From: Octopus vulgaris
Taxonomy: Eukaryota
Assembly: GCA_951406725.2 (NCBI GenBank)
Contig: OX597826.1
Span: 36,270,001-36,334,000 of the forward strand
Direction: 5' to 3'
Length of the DNA: 64,000 bases
Shown here: positions 1 through 13,656 of the stretch, piece after piece
Layout of the letters: each line of letters opens with the position of its first letter
How positions within the stretch are numbered: the stretch's first letter is position 1
Position numbers and translations under genes: made by a program
The notes under the pieces: generated by a model
Database searches by the model: none
What the model was told of the DNA's origin: nothing
The model's input: the letters and a program-made list of their open reading frames with translations, nothing else

Positions 1-1002
1 CCGTTATCAAAGTCCAAAAAGAGCTAGAAGCTGCTGATAGGGATCCAACATCAGCAGCTAAATACAAAATGCATGCCCAGGGACCTAGTACCATCAGAAC
101 GCAACTTTGTGCAAAATGTCTGAGAAATAATCAATAAAATCACCAGAAAGTCTATCAGAACCATTGCAAAGAACTTCAAGGTTTCAGAATGCTTTATCAG
201 AAGCGTTGTGCACAAAGACATGCAGTGCAAGTTGTATGTGATGTTGAGAGGTCAGTTAATGTTGGATGGGCTAAAAGGGAATCGTTTGATCCGTGCAAAG
301 CACTTGTTAAACAAGTTAAAACAGCAAGAAGCTGAATGCTTCAGTTTTTCTTTGATGAGAAAATATTTAGGACCAAAAGGTAAACCAATGGAACAGCAGA
401 TATCTGAATGAGGTTTCAACAATCGTCCATACTAATTTCCTAGCAACTGCGATGTCCCTGGCAATTACTAGCAATGAGGGAGCTGCCTCTTCACTTTTTC
501 ACAGGGCTTAAGAGTCAATGCCACCGTCTTCACAGAGGCATTGGAGAAAATTGTGTGACCCTAGAAAGAAAGAATAGGCAATGGAAGACTGTACATGTTC
601 CAACTTCATTGTGTGTCATGTCATTATGACAAGTGAAGATGCATGCCAATCTCCATGATCCTGTTCGCCCAGATACATGGCCCCACAAGCTCAATCTATT
701 AGAGGTATAATAAAGAGAGAGAGAGATGCTAATGAACGCTCCCAATGCACCATACAATCTCTCAAGTCCACCATAACCAGTACTATGTTCAAAATAGATA
801 AAGAGCATCTGATTTGGGCATGTCAACACTTCCGACCCTATACTGAAGCAGCCATTGATGCTAACAGTGGATCCATTGAATAGATGCAATGAAAGGTTTC
901 TTAGTTTGAACCAACTGGTTTTCCAATACAGCTCGTCTTTGATGAGCTATTCACCTTTTTCTAAATTTATACAAATGACCTCAAAATCTGACACACTCTG
1001 TG
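1..1002 (+). mobile_element. Degenerate Tc1/mariner (maT/DD37D-like) transposase relic, 5'-truncated by window edge
   Basis: Frameshifted peptides: RKSIRTIAKNFKVSECFIRSVVHKDM (HTH), ttttctttgatgagaaaatattt (FxDEKxF-like first Asp), and the C-terminus SLKSTITSTMFKIDKEHLIWACQHFRPYTEAAIDANSGSIE. TIR-like tcaaaatctgacacactctg near 981-1000. Confidence 0.75.
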
Positions 1003-1014
1003 TGCATATATATA

Positions 1015-1420
1015 TCATCATCATCATCATCATCATCATTTAGCGTCCGTTCTCCATGCTAGCATGGGTTGGACAGTTCAACTGGGGTCTGTGAAGCTGG
1101 AAGGCTTCATCAGGCCCAGTCAGATCTGGCAGTGTTTCTACGGCTGGATGCCCTTCCTAACGCCAACCACTCCGTGAGTGTAGTGGGTGCTTTTTACGTG
1201 CCACCTGCACAGGTGCCAGACAGAGCTGGCAAACGGCCACGAACAGATGGTGCTTTTACGTGTCACCGGCACGGGGCTAGGCGAGGCTGGCAACGGGCAC
1301 GAACGGATGGTGCTTTTACATGCCACCGACACGGGGGCCAGACAGGGCTGGCAAACGGCCACGAACGGATGGTGCTTTTACGTGTCACCGGCACGGGGGC
1401 CAGGCGAGGCTGGCAACGGA
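1015..1420 (-). mobile_element. RTE-associated retroposon 3' region with (GAT)n tail and ~60-bp internal repeats
   Basis: Minus strand ends aacccatgctagcatggagaacggacgctaaatgatgat. The same sequence family lies directly downstream of the RTE ORF end at 22405-23280. Confidence 0.7.
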
Positions 1421-1427
1421 CACATAC

Positions 1428-1586
1428 GCAGGAGTGGCTGTGTGGTAAGTAGCTTGCTAACCAACCACATGGTTCCGGGTTCAGTCCCACTGCATGGCAT
1501 CTTGGGCAAGTGTCTTCTGCTATAGCCCCGGGCCGACCAATGCCTTGTGAGTGAATTTGGTAGACGGAAACTGAAAGAAGCCTGTC

Positions 1587-1621
<35 letters not shown>

Positions 1622-1845
1622 TGTGTGTGTGTTTGTGTGTCTGTGTTTGTCCCCCTAGCATTGCTTGACAACCGATGTTGGTGTGTTTATGTCCCCGTCA
1701 CTTAACGGTTCTGCAAAAAGAGACCGATAGAATAAGTACTGGGCTTACAAAGAATAAGTCCCGGGGTTGAGTTGCTCCATTAAAGGCGGTGCTCCAGCAT
1801 GACCGCAGTCAAATTACTGAAACAAGTAAAAGAGTAAAAGAGTAA
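1428..1845 (+). mobile_element. tRNA-derived SINE family A (full length)
   Basis: A-box-like tggctgtgtggtaag, B-box-like ggttcagtccc, CORE-like cttgggcaagtgtctt, and tail ccagcatgaccgcagtc...gaaacaagtaaaagagtaaaagagta. About ten related copies in the window. Confidence 0.8.
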
Positions 1846-2212
1846 TATATATAATCTATGACTACAGTGAGCTTCATGCCTTTCTTGGGATTGTAGTCTA
1901 CTCTTAGTTACAATAGCAGCAACATGAATTTCTTCCATCCTTTTGTTCTGTTAAAGTATTTGAGGAAAATCATATTAATGTGTCCAACTAATTAAAATGC
2001 TATTTATTTGTGCAACTGATGATAGCCCTGCATTTGAGTTGATGTAAAGATTGCATTGTTCAATTAAATGGATCCACTTGAAACAGTTGTACTGCATCAC
2101 TTCTTGATATCCTGTTGCTTATTTTGATTATATATATATATATATATATTATTATTATTATTATTAATTAACTGTAGGAGGTGATTATTAATTAATTGTA
2201 GGCTTTTATTTG

Positions 2213-2257
2213 GTACAACATATATTTCGACCCATCAGTCTGGGTCTCTTCAGATAC
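2213..2257 (-). ncRNA. Minimal type-I hammerhead ribozyme-like motif (PLE type)
   Basis: Minus strand: gtat CTGAAGA gaccca-gactga-tgggtc GAAA t-atat-g tt gtac, followed by aataaa. Perfect 6-bp stem II, 4-bp stem I, palindromic mini stem III. Confidence 0.7.
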
Positions 2258-2429
2258 ATTCATAAAGAAGTCTCACCAGAGATTTTTAGTGTTGGCTGGC
2301 TTGTAGTTATATGCCCATCAAGTTGAGCTCTATGCAACATTTAAACACACTAATCGACTTGTACTTATTTGTCCAACTTATTTGTTATTATATACATACA
2401 TACATACATACATACATACATACATACAT

Positions 2430-2481
<52 letters not shown>

Positions 2482-2602
2482 TTGTATAACAAATGATGAA
2501 TAGGTGTTAATTCACTACAGCTGTTTCTAACGAATTTTTTAATTGATTAATGAATTGAGTATATCATTTCAAAAAGCCTGTTTCCTTCAGAGGAAAACAG
2601 TA

Positions 2603-2644
<42 letters not shown>

Positions 2645-2969
2645 ACATATGTTTGTAGATATGTTTATACATTTGTCTGTAGTTATCTATATGTGTGTGA
2701 ATGTGTGCGTGTGTGAGGTCACCAAGTAACTCACTAAACAAGACTCCTTGACTGAGTAGAGGTGCTTGATTGAGTGAATTGGCTTTCTGCCAGAGGTTCA
2801 GTGGTTAAAGTATGGTAAAGGGACAGAAAGAGGTGTCTTGGTGGTGCAGAGATGCATAGCTACACTTGCAGGAAAGGGAGAAATGATCACGGAAACGAGA
2901 TGTAAGCTACAAGTCATCTAAGAATCCATAAGTCAGTCAAAAATATACATTCATATATTTGTCAGTTGA

Positions 2970-3300
2970 GCGTGGGCTGGAAAGTTTATAGGATGACTAT
3001 GAAGGATTGATGCTAGAGCTGTTAAATCTTGGTTCCATAAATTTGAACCCTTCTTACTGCATTGTTTTTTTCCAGGTAAATAGGCATCTGGCTTCAGATG
3101 TGTCTTTCTGGGTAAACGGACATCTGGCTTCAAAGAAGACATCAGCAGCAACTAATGGTGACTTCTCTTGAAAATGGACAAAATTTGGCATCGTAGTGTT
3201 CAGTACCTTCAGAAAAAAGGGTCCAGCCCCCAAGGACATTCATGCTGATATGGTTGCTAAATTAAGGGCTGATGCTGCAGCTTGGTCAACAGTGCAAAAG
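2970..3300 (+). mobile_element. Mariner 5' end and transposase N-terminal fragment
   Basis: MDKIWHRSVQYL/RKKGPAPKDIHADMVAKLRADAAAWSTVQK matches the mariner N-terminal HTH. TIR-like gggctggaaagtttataggatgac. Confidence 0.7.
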
Positions 3301-3309
3301 TGTTACACA

Positions 3310-3750
3310 GATTACTTTTCCTTCTTGGAACGAGGAAATGTTCCACATGAACCTGATACTCTCCCTGAAGATACTTTAGTTAGTAAATTGTCTGAGTAGA
3401 GGAGTTGGTGTAAAATAAGACGCTTTACGATTTTTAACAATAATTTGCAGGATGTTTAAAGATCCATATTACTTACTCGTCTCATGGTTTCTGTGTTTAA
3501 ATCTAGCGATGTCTCAAAAGTTGGTTATCATTAAGCTAGAGATAACAGTTATGTTTAATCCAATCTCCATACGCATTCCTATTAAATCCTTATAAAGTCT
3601 GATTATAATGTGACCTTTTAGATTGTATGGGATTATTATGCCGTCATCTCTATACATTCCAGACCTAACGGAGTGTATCAAAATAAAAAAAAGCACACGC
3701 GATCAGCAAATTCAACTCCATCTTAGCTCCTCATAAAACACCCAAAGAAT
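3310..3750 (-). mobile_element. Penelope-like (Naiad-type) RT fragment
   Basis: GVFMRS*DGVEFADRV resembles DVTMGSYDGAEVCELVG. GMYRDDGIII is the catalytic YRDD motif. Confidence 0.75.
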
Positions 3751-3970
3751 TACCTTGCTTTATACACACACATTCACGTACACACACACATACACACACG
3801 CGCGCATGCACACACACATCCATGCATAATCTGCACGAACAATATAGATGTTTCACCATGAGGTACCATTTATCTGCTTTGGTTTAGATTTGGAAACCTA
3901 ACAGATCTATGAAAAATGTATTTTAGCATACACACGTAAGGACAGGGCAAATACAGAGGTATATGCAGAC

Positions 3971-4153
3971 ATTTCGTCTGCCGCTACGTTCTGAGTTCAA
4001 ATTCCGCCGAGGTCGACTTTACCTTTCATCCTTTCAGGGTCGATTAAATAAGTACCAGTTTCGCACTGGGGTCGATACAATCGACTTAATCCATTTGTCT
4101 GTCCTTGTTTGTCCTCTCTGTGTTTAGCCCCTTGTGGGTAGTAAAGAAATAGG
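3971..4153 (+). mobile_element. SINE family B (Nin-domain-like), 5'-truncated
   Basis: gagttcaaattccgccgaggtcgactttacctttcatcctttcagggtcgattaaataagtaccagt; many related copies in the window. Confidence 0.7.
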
Positions 4154-5870
4154 TATATGCAGACAGACAAACCTGCAATGTAATATGTGTCCAGCAGATA
4201 AAAGGCATATTATATTTAAATGATTGATCCTGTTTTGGCAACTTCAACCTTCTTTTGTTGCCAGTACACTGCTTCTTTGATGACCATTTTTTCTATCACG
4301 TTTTTAGTGTGACTTCTCTTGGGGTTACACGTCGAGTGACTGGCCTTTCTTCTAACGGTCATCCTTTCACTGCCATAGTGCCCCACTTCTGTAAAAAATG
4401 TCTCTCATCAAACAACCGTTTCATATAACCATTTCTCTTTTTGTTTCAAAGACAAAATATGATGTAAAACTTTTATTGATGGTTTTATGGTTCTTTTGGT
4501 AGTTTTTCCTCAGATTTCTTTTTGCCTTTTCTTTTGCAACTCCCGACGAAGCGAATGCATGAATCACGCATTATTGCTGGCTGATTGCCGCCTTGCTGGG
4601 AGTGACTTTCTAAGAAACAAGTGCTGCTTACCTTTAGGGACTACTGTCAAATGCATACATACACAGACACACATATGCATACATACACAGTCATACAAAT
4701 GCATTTAACCATACATGTATGTATGCATGTATATACGTGCATGTGTTTATGAACATTTTTGCGTACGGATATAGAAACACGCAGAATACACACACGTACG
4801 TACATATATCTGTGGGTGGGATATTATGTGTATTCACGCATACACATGCACACACACAGAGGCGTAAGTATGTATAAGTCTATGTTATTGCTGATTTATT
4901 GAGGCATACATTTTCACATAAACGAATGTATATATAATATATATAGTCAATAAATATACGCACAGAAAGAATGAAAGTATGATAGTTAAGGTGGAAGATG
5001 TATTTGGTTGAGTGTTGTTAGCGTAGGATGGCATTAAAATGTTTCTAAAGAATACGAAATGGACTTTTTTTCAATGGTACCGTTGACGAGAAGGATGTCA
5101 AAGATGACGTAAATCAGAGAGGTATTTGGTGAGCTGAAGAATAGAAGAATAAATGGGAGACGAGGATAAAGCTAGAGAATTGGTAAGTGTTTGCGTATGG
5201 ATGAGAGAAAGAGAGAGAGAGATAATGTGTGTGTATTGGGTATGGAACTAGAATGGTGTAGTGGATGATGATGTGAGCGAATTTTACTGTAAATACAGAT
5301 TATAGAATATAGAGAAGTCGGCATTATATATTGGGAAAAGGGGAAAAAATAAAATAGATAATGGATTGTTGTGCTGGCTTTTGTAAGAAGAAAGACAGAG
5401 AAATGATGGATGAAGTGTTATTGGGAGAGAAGCGACGGTGTAGTTGGGTTGTTGGCAGAGCAGTGTCAACGAAGTCTAAGTGATGAAGCGGCCGTGTTGA
5501 AAAACAGAAAACATATTGAATTCAAACAGTTGCAGATATTGAGCCAAATGTTTATCTTCATGAATTTTTATTTGCTGCTAACACTTTCAGAAGGGTTGGA
5601 ATTGTACGAATACAGTGCCAATTTCAAAGTGGATTCTAAACCTACAGGTCACAGAGAATCGTCCATCATAGTTACTTTTTATCCGTTTCCCTCATTAAAG
5701 ATTTATATATATAAAAAAATATAACTAAAACAGCAAAAAATCGCATATTTGGCAGGGAAAGAGAAACTGAAAATTGTTATTTATCTGCTTGTCTCAAACT
5801 CGACATGCTTCATGTAAAAAGGATACAAAATAAACCAATAAAACCATTACTATTTTATCTGCATAAAGTG

Positions 5871-5910
<40 letters not shown>

Positions 5911-5995
5911 CACACATACGCATACATACATACACTCACATATGCACTATCTTCAAGATAGCATGTTAGTACCAGTATATCTATCTATCAATTTA

Positions 5996-6045
<50 letters not shown>

Positions 6046-6158
6046 AATGTATATATATATGCATATATATGTATATATATGTATAAGTATATATATATAT
6101 GTATATATATGTGTGTGTGTATATATATATAAATTGATAGACAAACAGACAGACAGAG

Positions 6159-6191
<33 letters not shown>

Positions 6192-7267
6192 TTTGTGTCA
6201 GTACAGTAAACACGTACATATATGTTTTTGCTGTTGCCACATATATGTGTTGTGTGGTTGATCCAAATGCTAGGACAGACAATCTCCCTCAAATCACGAT
6301 GCATGCACTCATAATATATGAAGGACAGATTGGAGTATGTAATTCCTAATATGAAAAAAAACAAGGATAATAATGGGTGGATCGTAATTTATTCTTAGGA
6401 CCATTCAATCAAGCCTAGCAATTAGAGTATGAATGGTTATTTGAGGGAAATTGACTGTTCTGGGATTTGGATCAACCAAAACACTGTTGACCCCACTTGT
6501 TGAGACCGTAACTCCAAAATTTGCAAATGTTGAATGTAAGACTTTAAACAATTTCGGTGGAAACAATTAAATGAAGATTTAGAACTGTGTATATAACTGA
6601 GGCGGGAACAAAAGCACTTGTTTTGTTTACTCACACGAATAGGTCCGTCTTGATTGTACAGAATCTGCATCACACATGTTGCTGATTGCTATCTAAATTT
6701 TAGAAAGGAAATTTTGCACCAGATGTATCCATCAAGAGAAGTTTATCTTATCCAACTAGAAAACAACTCCTACACCAGCCTGATTATTCCACAATTCACC
6801 AGGTTTGCTGAAGAAATTTTACTTTGTTTCCCCATTATCTAAGAAACTCTCTCCATTTGCACACTGAATCTATCCAATGCTCAGTTGCAATGCACATATC
6901 AACATTCTGGTAAACTACCACCATCACTAGCGAGCTTAAAAAATACCTTCAAATCGAGCATAACAAGAAAATCTTAGCAGCATATAGCACTATATCTAGG
7001 CATCCAAACCAACCACTATAACGCATGCGCCAATGCTAAAGTTACACACATGTAAATTCCATATTACATAGTATATTTACAAAAGAATTGTTTTCCCAAG
7101 AAATTTTTCTTTAAGATTTTCTTTAAACTGGATGCTCTAACAGGTGCAACTTACATTTAGATATTGCTGAGTTACCATCCCTTCCAGGTAAAATAATTCT
7201 CTCTCAACGTTTTTTTAATTTTATTTTCTTACAAAATCTCATACTGTGGAGAGTCATTTTTGAGATC

Positions 7268-7359
7268 AGACCTGATGAATGCTAGAAAGTGTTGCAACGG
7301 TTTGAGCTGAGCTTAGCCAGACAACTTTCTCGTAACATGAAACTTAAATTAATTTGTCT
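7268..7359 (+). ncRNA. Degenerate hammerhead-like motif with long stem II
   Basis: agac CTGATGA atgctagaaagt...actttctcgtaacat GAAA cttaaattaattt gtct. Stem I is agac/gtct; stem III is mismatched. Follows a weak GIY-YIG-like stretch at ~6860-7010. Confidence 0.4.
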
Positions 7360-8096
7360 CAAAGAAGACACTATATGTAAAATATTCATAACTCTCAAAT
7401 ATACTGAGTGTTTTATTTTGCTCAACCAATCAACAGACAGTTCGATATATGTGTGTATGTCTATATACAACTAAAGAGGAATGTTTTTGATTGAAAAACA
7501 ACTTGATATATTTGTGGAGTCTAATGTTTATTATATATTCTTGATTGGCATCCAGAAAGTACAACCGATGGTGGTTTATTCAAGCTTTAAGATAAAGCCC
7601 AGCAATCTGGCTTGAATATTTGAACCTACTATTAAGATCTGCTTGAGATGGTTCTAGAATAAGGGTGGTTAACGATCGAGAAAGATGGTGATAAAAACGA
7701 ATAGTGTAGAGAGGGTTGGCTTGGGGCCAAAACCAAAGTTGGGTGGCTATGGGAGATGTAGGAGGGATGTTAGAGGTCCCTAAAATAAAGTGTAGAATAA
7801 TGCAGTAATTCATATATTTAAGTCGCATTACCAGCCATCACCTCAAATTTTAAATAAGCAGACATTACTGAAATACATAGATACATACATACGTGTGCGT
7901 GCATGTATATGTATGTGCGTGCACACGTCTGTATGTGTGTGTGTGCGTGTGTACGCGCGTGCATGTGTATGTGTTCATACATTAGAAAGGCCTTCATTTA
8001 ATGTAATGTATTGAACAGGGAATAAAAATTGGGTGCTTAATATCATTGATTAACTACAGAGCAGATATACACACACTCTCACAAATATACTCACAC

Positions 8097-8128
<32 letters not shown>

Positions 8129-10549
8129 TTTCTAACTCTGTGTCTCTTTCTCTCTATTTCTCTGTGTCTGTCTTTCTGTCTCTCTCTCTCTCTCACACAC
8201 ACACAGATACACACACACATACATAAATAACTATTTGCAAACGCATTTTAGTTCCTATCTGTGTTTATACGTAAACTGTAAAATAGGTACATTTCTCTCT
8301 CTGTCTCTCTGACTCCATTTCTCTCCCACTCTCCCACTCTTTATCTGCTATCAACATATCTATATCGTTATGCGTAATTGTATACTCACACACACACACA
8401 CACACAAATTTATATATATAACAATATCTAAATAAATACGTATATGTGTGTGTGTATGTTTGTATGCAAAGTATTGAAGTGTGTGTGAGTGTATATATAT
8501 ATAAAAAGTATCTGTGTGTGTGTACACACACTCATAAGTATACATGTATCTACATCCTATATACAAACATGCATGCACAAAAACATATTTACACACGTAG
8601 ACACAGGTATACGCTTACGTATCCTCCATATAACAGCGAGCAAGTGTAATCAATGAAAATATTCCCCATTTCACATAAAGAAAATATCGTGATATTGTGT
8701 TATCATGTCTTGGAAGAAATTAAAAGCTCTGACATATTTAATCCCACTAAACTGAAGCATCTTTGCAGATAGCACTCAGAGGATATCACACCAGAATTCC
8801 CACAAGAATATTATTACATTTCACTATCTTCGGATTAGAAGGAAAAACCTCTTTTAACTGACCAAATAAAACGGTGGTCGGTTTGCTAGCTTCCACTTAA
8901 TGTCTCGGTGGTATTAAGAAGTTTGAATCTCTTCAATACGTTAGATATTATCAGCATATCAAGTGGTCTTTAGCTTTGAAGACTAACATCTGAACTCTCT
9001 TCTGAAGTCAGAATTTTGTTCCTCTGGTATTTGTGTGTTGTGTGAACCTTTGCTGAAATCACCTGCGTATGGTCTTCATTTTCATCCAGCGGAGAAGAAA
9101 TGGTGGGGCAGAAAATCTTTATTTATAGAACTTGCTAATATATAATGTGCTGCAAGTTATTTATCGAATATTTAGCTTGACTGAGATTAAGAATTTCATC
9201 TAGATCGAAATGTGTTCTCCAAAGAATTGGATTATTGATTGTGGAAAGTATATCAAGACTTGGAATATCTGTAGTTTAAACATGACGTTCTTCCCCCAAA
9301 CGTTTTAAATTCAAAGTTTATTTAAAACAAACTACTGAAGACGAGTGTATATGTGAGTGTGTGTATTTATTATACACACACTCACATACACATTACACAC
9401 ATACACACGCAAACACACACACAAACACACATATAAAGCATTAAATAAATACAGATGTGTATCTTCGTTATATTTGTAACTGATGATTTCACATTGCTTT
9501 CAAAATATTCACTAAAAAGTAAGTAAACGTATTAAATCTTGTATTCTTTGATATATGAGATTTGTTAGAATTAGTCATAATGGAAATAGTGAAAAAAAAT
9601 AATCGTCTGAACTTCATGTTTTCTTTGTAAACACAACATTTCAAATGGTTTGGTCTTTATTTAAAATGAAGAACATATATGTCATGGTTTGTTATATGAT
9701 GTGCATCATTAGCAACTAATATCAAGAAAGAGACTGGGCTGCTTTGGTCGTGTAGTGGGAAGACTAAAAACTATTTAGTGTTGGCATTCTGCCCACGATT
9801 CCGAAACCCGAGACCGTGTGGTAGAATACTCAAGAGGTAGAGCTGTCAGGGCACGTGGTGTGGAAGGGTTATTACTTCAAAGAAGAAAAGAAGCAAAGAA
9901 TTTGCTCAAACACTTGACTCAGATGATGGGAGAGAGAGAGGGAGAGAGAGAGAGAGAAGTGTATGGAGAACTGGATAACGAAGTCAAGTAGTTTTTTCAC
10001 TCAGTGTAGAAAATTATTTGGTGGTTTAAATGGACAAGTCTCCGATATTCAAGTGGCAAAAAAATTGTTAGTAGAAGGACACTCAGGAATCGGGATCTCA
10101 ATGCAGCCAAGCCCCCTTAGAGTGTGAGAAGTTAAGGTCGAAGAACTTGCTGTCTGAGAGGAAGGTCTCTTCTTTGACGATCTGCTGTTCAGCTCTTTTG
10201 AAAGTTTTCTTACCACTGCATCATCAATTTTCTGGCATTCTTGATTCCAGATTACATCAAATAAATATTAAGCGATGTTAAAAGTTGTTAAATAATAAAC
10301 ATTTATAAACGTTCTATAAATGATAATGTGATAGTTATCATTTCAAAAGAAATGTTTCTGAAAGAAGGTTAATCAAACTTTAGCTACAGAACTGGGGATT
10401 TGGGGTTTGAAATGAAAGGAGAGTTGAATGAAGTAATACAGCATAATCTAGCCAGATTTTGGGGTTAATCTCGTGATATTTTAATGTACTGTGTTTTTCA
10501 GTGAATTTATTTTATGTTATATTGTAGACATGTATATAGCATTTGTGAA

Positions 10550-10920
10550 AGTAGATCATCCAATACGCATCATTATTTTATATTTGCTTTACACTATGTC
10601 AAATGTTGGATGGACCGTACGTTCTCAGTCAGATTTTACTTATAAATGATTTAGACGACTGAAGAAAAACTTATCACTCATTTCTGCAGTTGGACGTCTT
10701 TCATGGAGCGAAATATCCCACTGCAACAGAAGTTCTAAGTGGCTTTTATCACGAACCCAGCACCTGATAAGTTATATCAACAGTCAGGTTAAAAACCCTC
10801 TCATACCCTTCTTTTCTCTCCATCCATTTGTCAGCAACTCTACAGAGTGTACTGAGTGCACTAGAGACGTTGCTGTGTCATTGATGAGATGTAGGAAATT
10901 CTGTATGTGAAGCGCCTGTT
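10550..10920 (+). mobile_element. Highly decayed PLE endonuclease 3' end with hammerhead-like remnant
   Basis: NVGWTVRS resembles YVGQTxRS. TTGATGA g-atgtagga-aa-ttctgtat-gt GAAG at ~10881-10914. Confidence 0.3.
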
Positions 10921-11879
10921 ATTAGTTCATCAACCACATTATAGAGTGTATGGCTCTTATCATGGAACCCATTCTATAGAGATTGCTTTGTATCATGCAA
11001 GAACATACAATTCCCTTCACTCTAAGTTTTCTCCGTTTAAGGAGAATGAAGAAGAGAAAGTGAAGACTGTGAGAGTATGCGTATGGTACGAGAGGGAGGG
11101 ATAAAGTGATAGGAGTGGAGAGAAATAAAATGGCAAGCAGGTCTGTGATGATTGCCGGTAGAGAGATTGAGTAGGGAAATAACATGAGCGGCATAATGAG
11201 GTAAGTTAGGGTGATCGGAAGAGGGAGTGAGGAAAAAGAGTGGCATGGAAGTGAGGGAAAGGGAGACATGCCAATAGAGAGTAATAGAAGTGAGTGAGTG
11301 AGAGAAAGAGAAAGGAATTAAATGATTGCAGTAAAGATAGATGATGGTTGGAGGTTAAGGGAATAGTAAATATGGACACATACACACGTGTGTGTGTGTA
11401 TTTTTATATCAATGTATGAGCATGTATGTTTGTGTGCTACATTTTACTGGTTTCATTCAATTCTAGGGCTTTGTCTACAATTGTTTAGTCGTTCTTATAT
11501 CTGTACCTGTTGGATAAATTCTTATCTTTCAAATCATTACATTTTTGGAGATAAACAGATAGAAACACACTCCAGCACTGATATTCATCACATGCCACAA
11601 AAGAGACTTCAATCATGAAACTATGAAGAACTCTAATGGCAAGATGATATGTTAACCGTTTTTTGTGTATGTGTGTGTAATGATCAGAGGTTCATATAGC
11701 CGAAAAGAAGTACCCTCTAAAACATTAGAGAAGTAATATTTAGAAGGTTATTTGTTAGGGATGTTAGGGAGTGATCATTGCTTTTGAACCAATAAAGCTC
11801 TTAGCTGTATAGGCGATACGTTACACTCAAATGGCCGGAGGCACATACACTCTCTACAGCTGGAGGTAGAATACGTCGT

Positions 11880-12560
11880 GGTCAGGATTGTATATACTGG
11901 ACACTTTAAGTTCGAAGTTCCCGTCAGTCCTCTTTTGGTTTATATAGAGATGATGATTTAGCCATCTCTGGATCGCTGACGAGAATACCCTAGGTAGGCT
12001 TAGGAAGGACCTTATTCCCATTCTTAACTCCCTTAGACTCAAGTTTACGAGTGAGACCACCTTTACAATTGTTAATTTTTTTAGACGTTACGTTGGACTT
12101 GGGTACCTGTTCATAGAGGCCCTACCGCAAACCAAACGAAAGCTGTTGCACATTAACACAGCCTTCTTCCACCCATCTATCATGTTCAAGAGCCGAGTGA
12201 AGAGTGTCAGTAAAAGGATTTTGAGCCAGTCCTTCAGTAATGAAGTTTTCGATGCTGCAGCACCATCCTATTACAATGCGGTTTTGGCGTTCAGTGGGTT
12301 TAAGGACCAGATATCCTATATGCCAAGTCCTAACACCCACAAAAGAAAGCGCCACAGTAACGTCGTTTGGTTTGTCCCACCCTTCTCACTCAACGTCAAG
12401 AAGAATATTCCTTTGGGAAGGCCATTCCTTTGTAAAGTGTACAAACACTGCACGTAGTCACATAAATATGGGCGTTTGTTTAATAAACATGACCTAAAGG
12501 CTACCTTCAATTGAACGCCCTTAAACCACGAATAGAGGCAGAAATCTGATGAAGGGTTTA
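11880..12560 (+). mobile_element. Penelope-like (Naiad-type) RT C-terminal/thumb fragment
   Basis: GLYRDDDLA (~11937), LDVTLDLGT..RPYRKPNE, HPSIMFKSRVKSVSKRI..NEVFDAAAPSYYNAVLAFSGFK..KRKRHSNVVWFVPPFSLNVK. Truncated ctgatgaagggttt at ~12546. Confidence 0.85.
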
Positions 12561-13225
12561 AAATTGAGTGACCAATGATGGTGGGGCGTCGATACAACTC
12601 TGAAGGTGTAGGGAGTGAGGCTAAGGTGGTGACTAGCAATGGAGGCTGTAGTGGAAGCGTTGACAACCACAAAAACAACAGCACCAAGGAGACACCTGTC
12701 GATAACAATAACAGCGACACCAATTGTAAAGACAGCAGCTGTTACACCAGCAACACGTGAAGCATTATCAGAAGATATGGCAGCGATAGTAGTAGATACA
12801 ACAGCAACAGCAGCACCTGCAATGTGTCTGGGCCGTGACAGCAACAGTGTCCTTTTTGGTGGTAACTGCAGTGCCAGCATCTCGTCCAGCAATAACAACA
12901 ACAACGATAGTGATACCAGCAGCAGCCGCATCCCCGACTTCCTACGCAACCGCTGAGCTTGGATGCGCCCTCATCCATCCGTCGATGCTCTCGGTGTCGG
13001 GGGTTGACCTGCTTTCTCTTCTGCGGGTCTTACGAATAACAAAGGACCACGTTTCGGACTTCTCCCACTACAGGGACGAAGACCGTTCGCTCAACAGCAA
13101 CAGCAACAGCAACATCAGCAGCCGCAACAGCCACAGTAGCTTCAACAACAGCAGCTCCAACGACGGATGCAGCACCAACAACATCATGGGGAGTGATAAT
13201 GACAGCAACAACAGCAGCTGTAATA
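12560..13225. repeat. (CAA/CAG)-rich low-complexity tract
   Basis: Runs of aac/agc triplets produce the overlapping Ser/Asn/Thr-rich ORFs. Confidence 0.6.
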
Positions 13226-13450
13226 CCTATTTCCTTACTGCCCACAAGGGGCTAAACATAGAGGGGACAAACAAGGACAGACATAGGTATTAAGTCGATT
13301 ACATCGACCCCAGTGCGTAACTGGTGCTTAATTTATCGACCCCGAAAGGATGATGGCAAAGTCGACCTCGGCGGAATTTGAACTCACCACGTAACGGCAG
13401 ACGAAATACTGCAAAGCATTTCGCCCGGCGTGCTAACGCTTCTCCCAGCA
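13226..13450 (-). mobile_element. SINE family B, near full length
   Basis: Reverse complement of the 3971-4153 family, including the head gttagcacgccgggcgaaatgc. Confidence 0.8.
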
Positions 13451-13656
13451 GCTGTAATACCGTCAGCAGAGACTTCAGTCACGGAAATATGTCGGAACAG
13501 CAGGCAACACATTCAATATATTTCCTGGGGGGTCGATTTGTTCAACTAAAGGTGGTGCTCCAGTATGGCTGCAGTCAAATGACTGAAACAAATAAAAGGA
13601 TAGAAGAATGCATACATATATATGCATATATGTTTGTGTGTGTGTGTGTGTGCATA

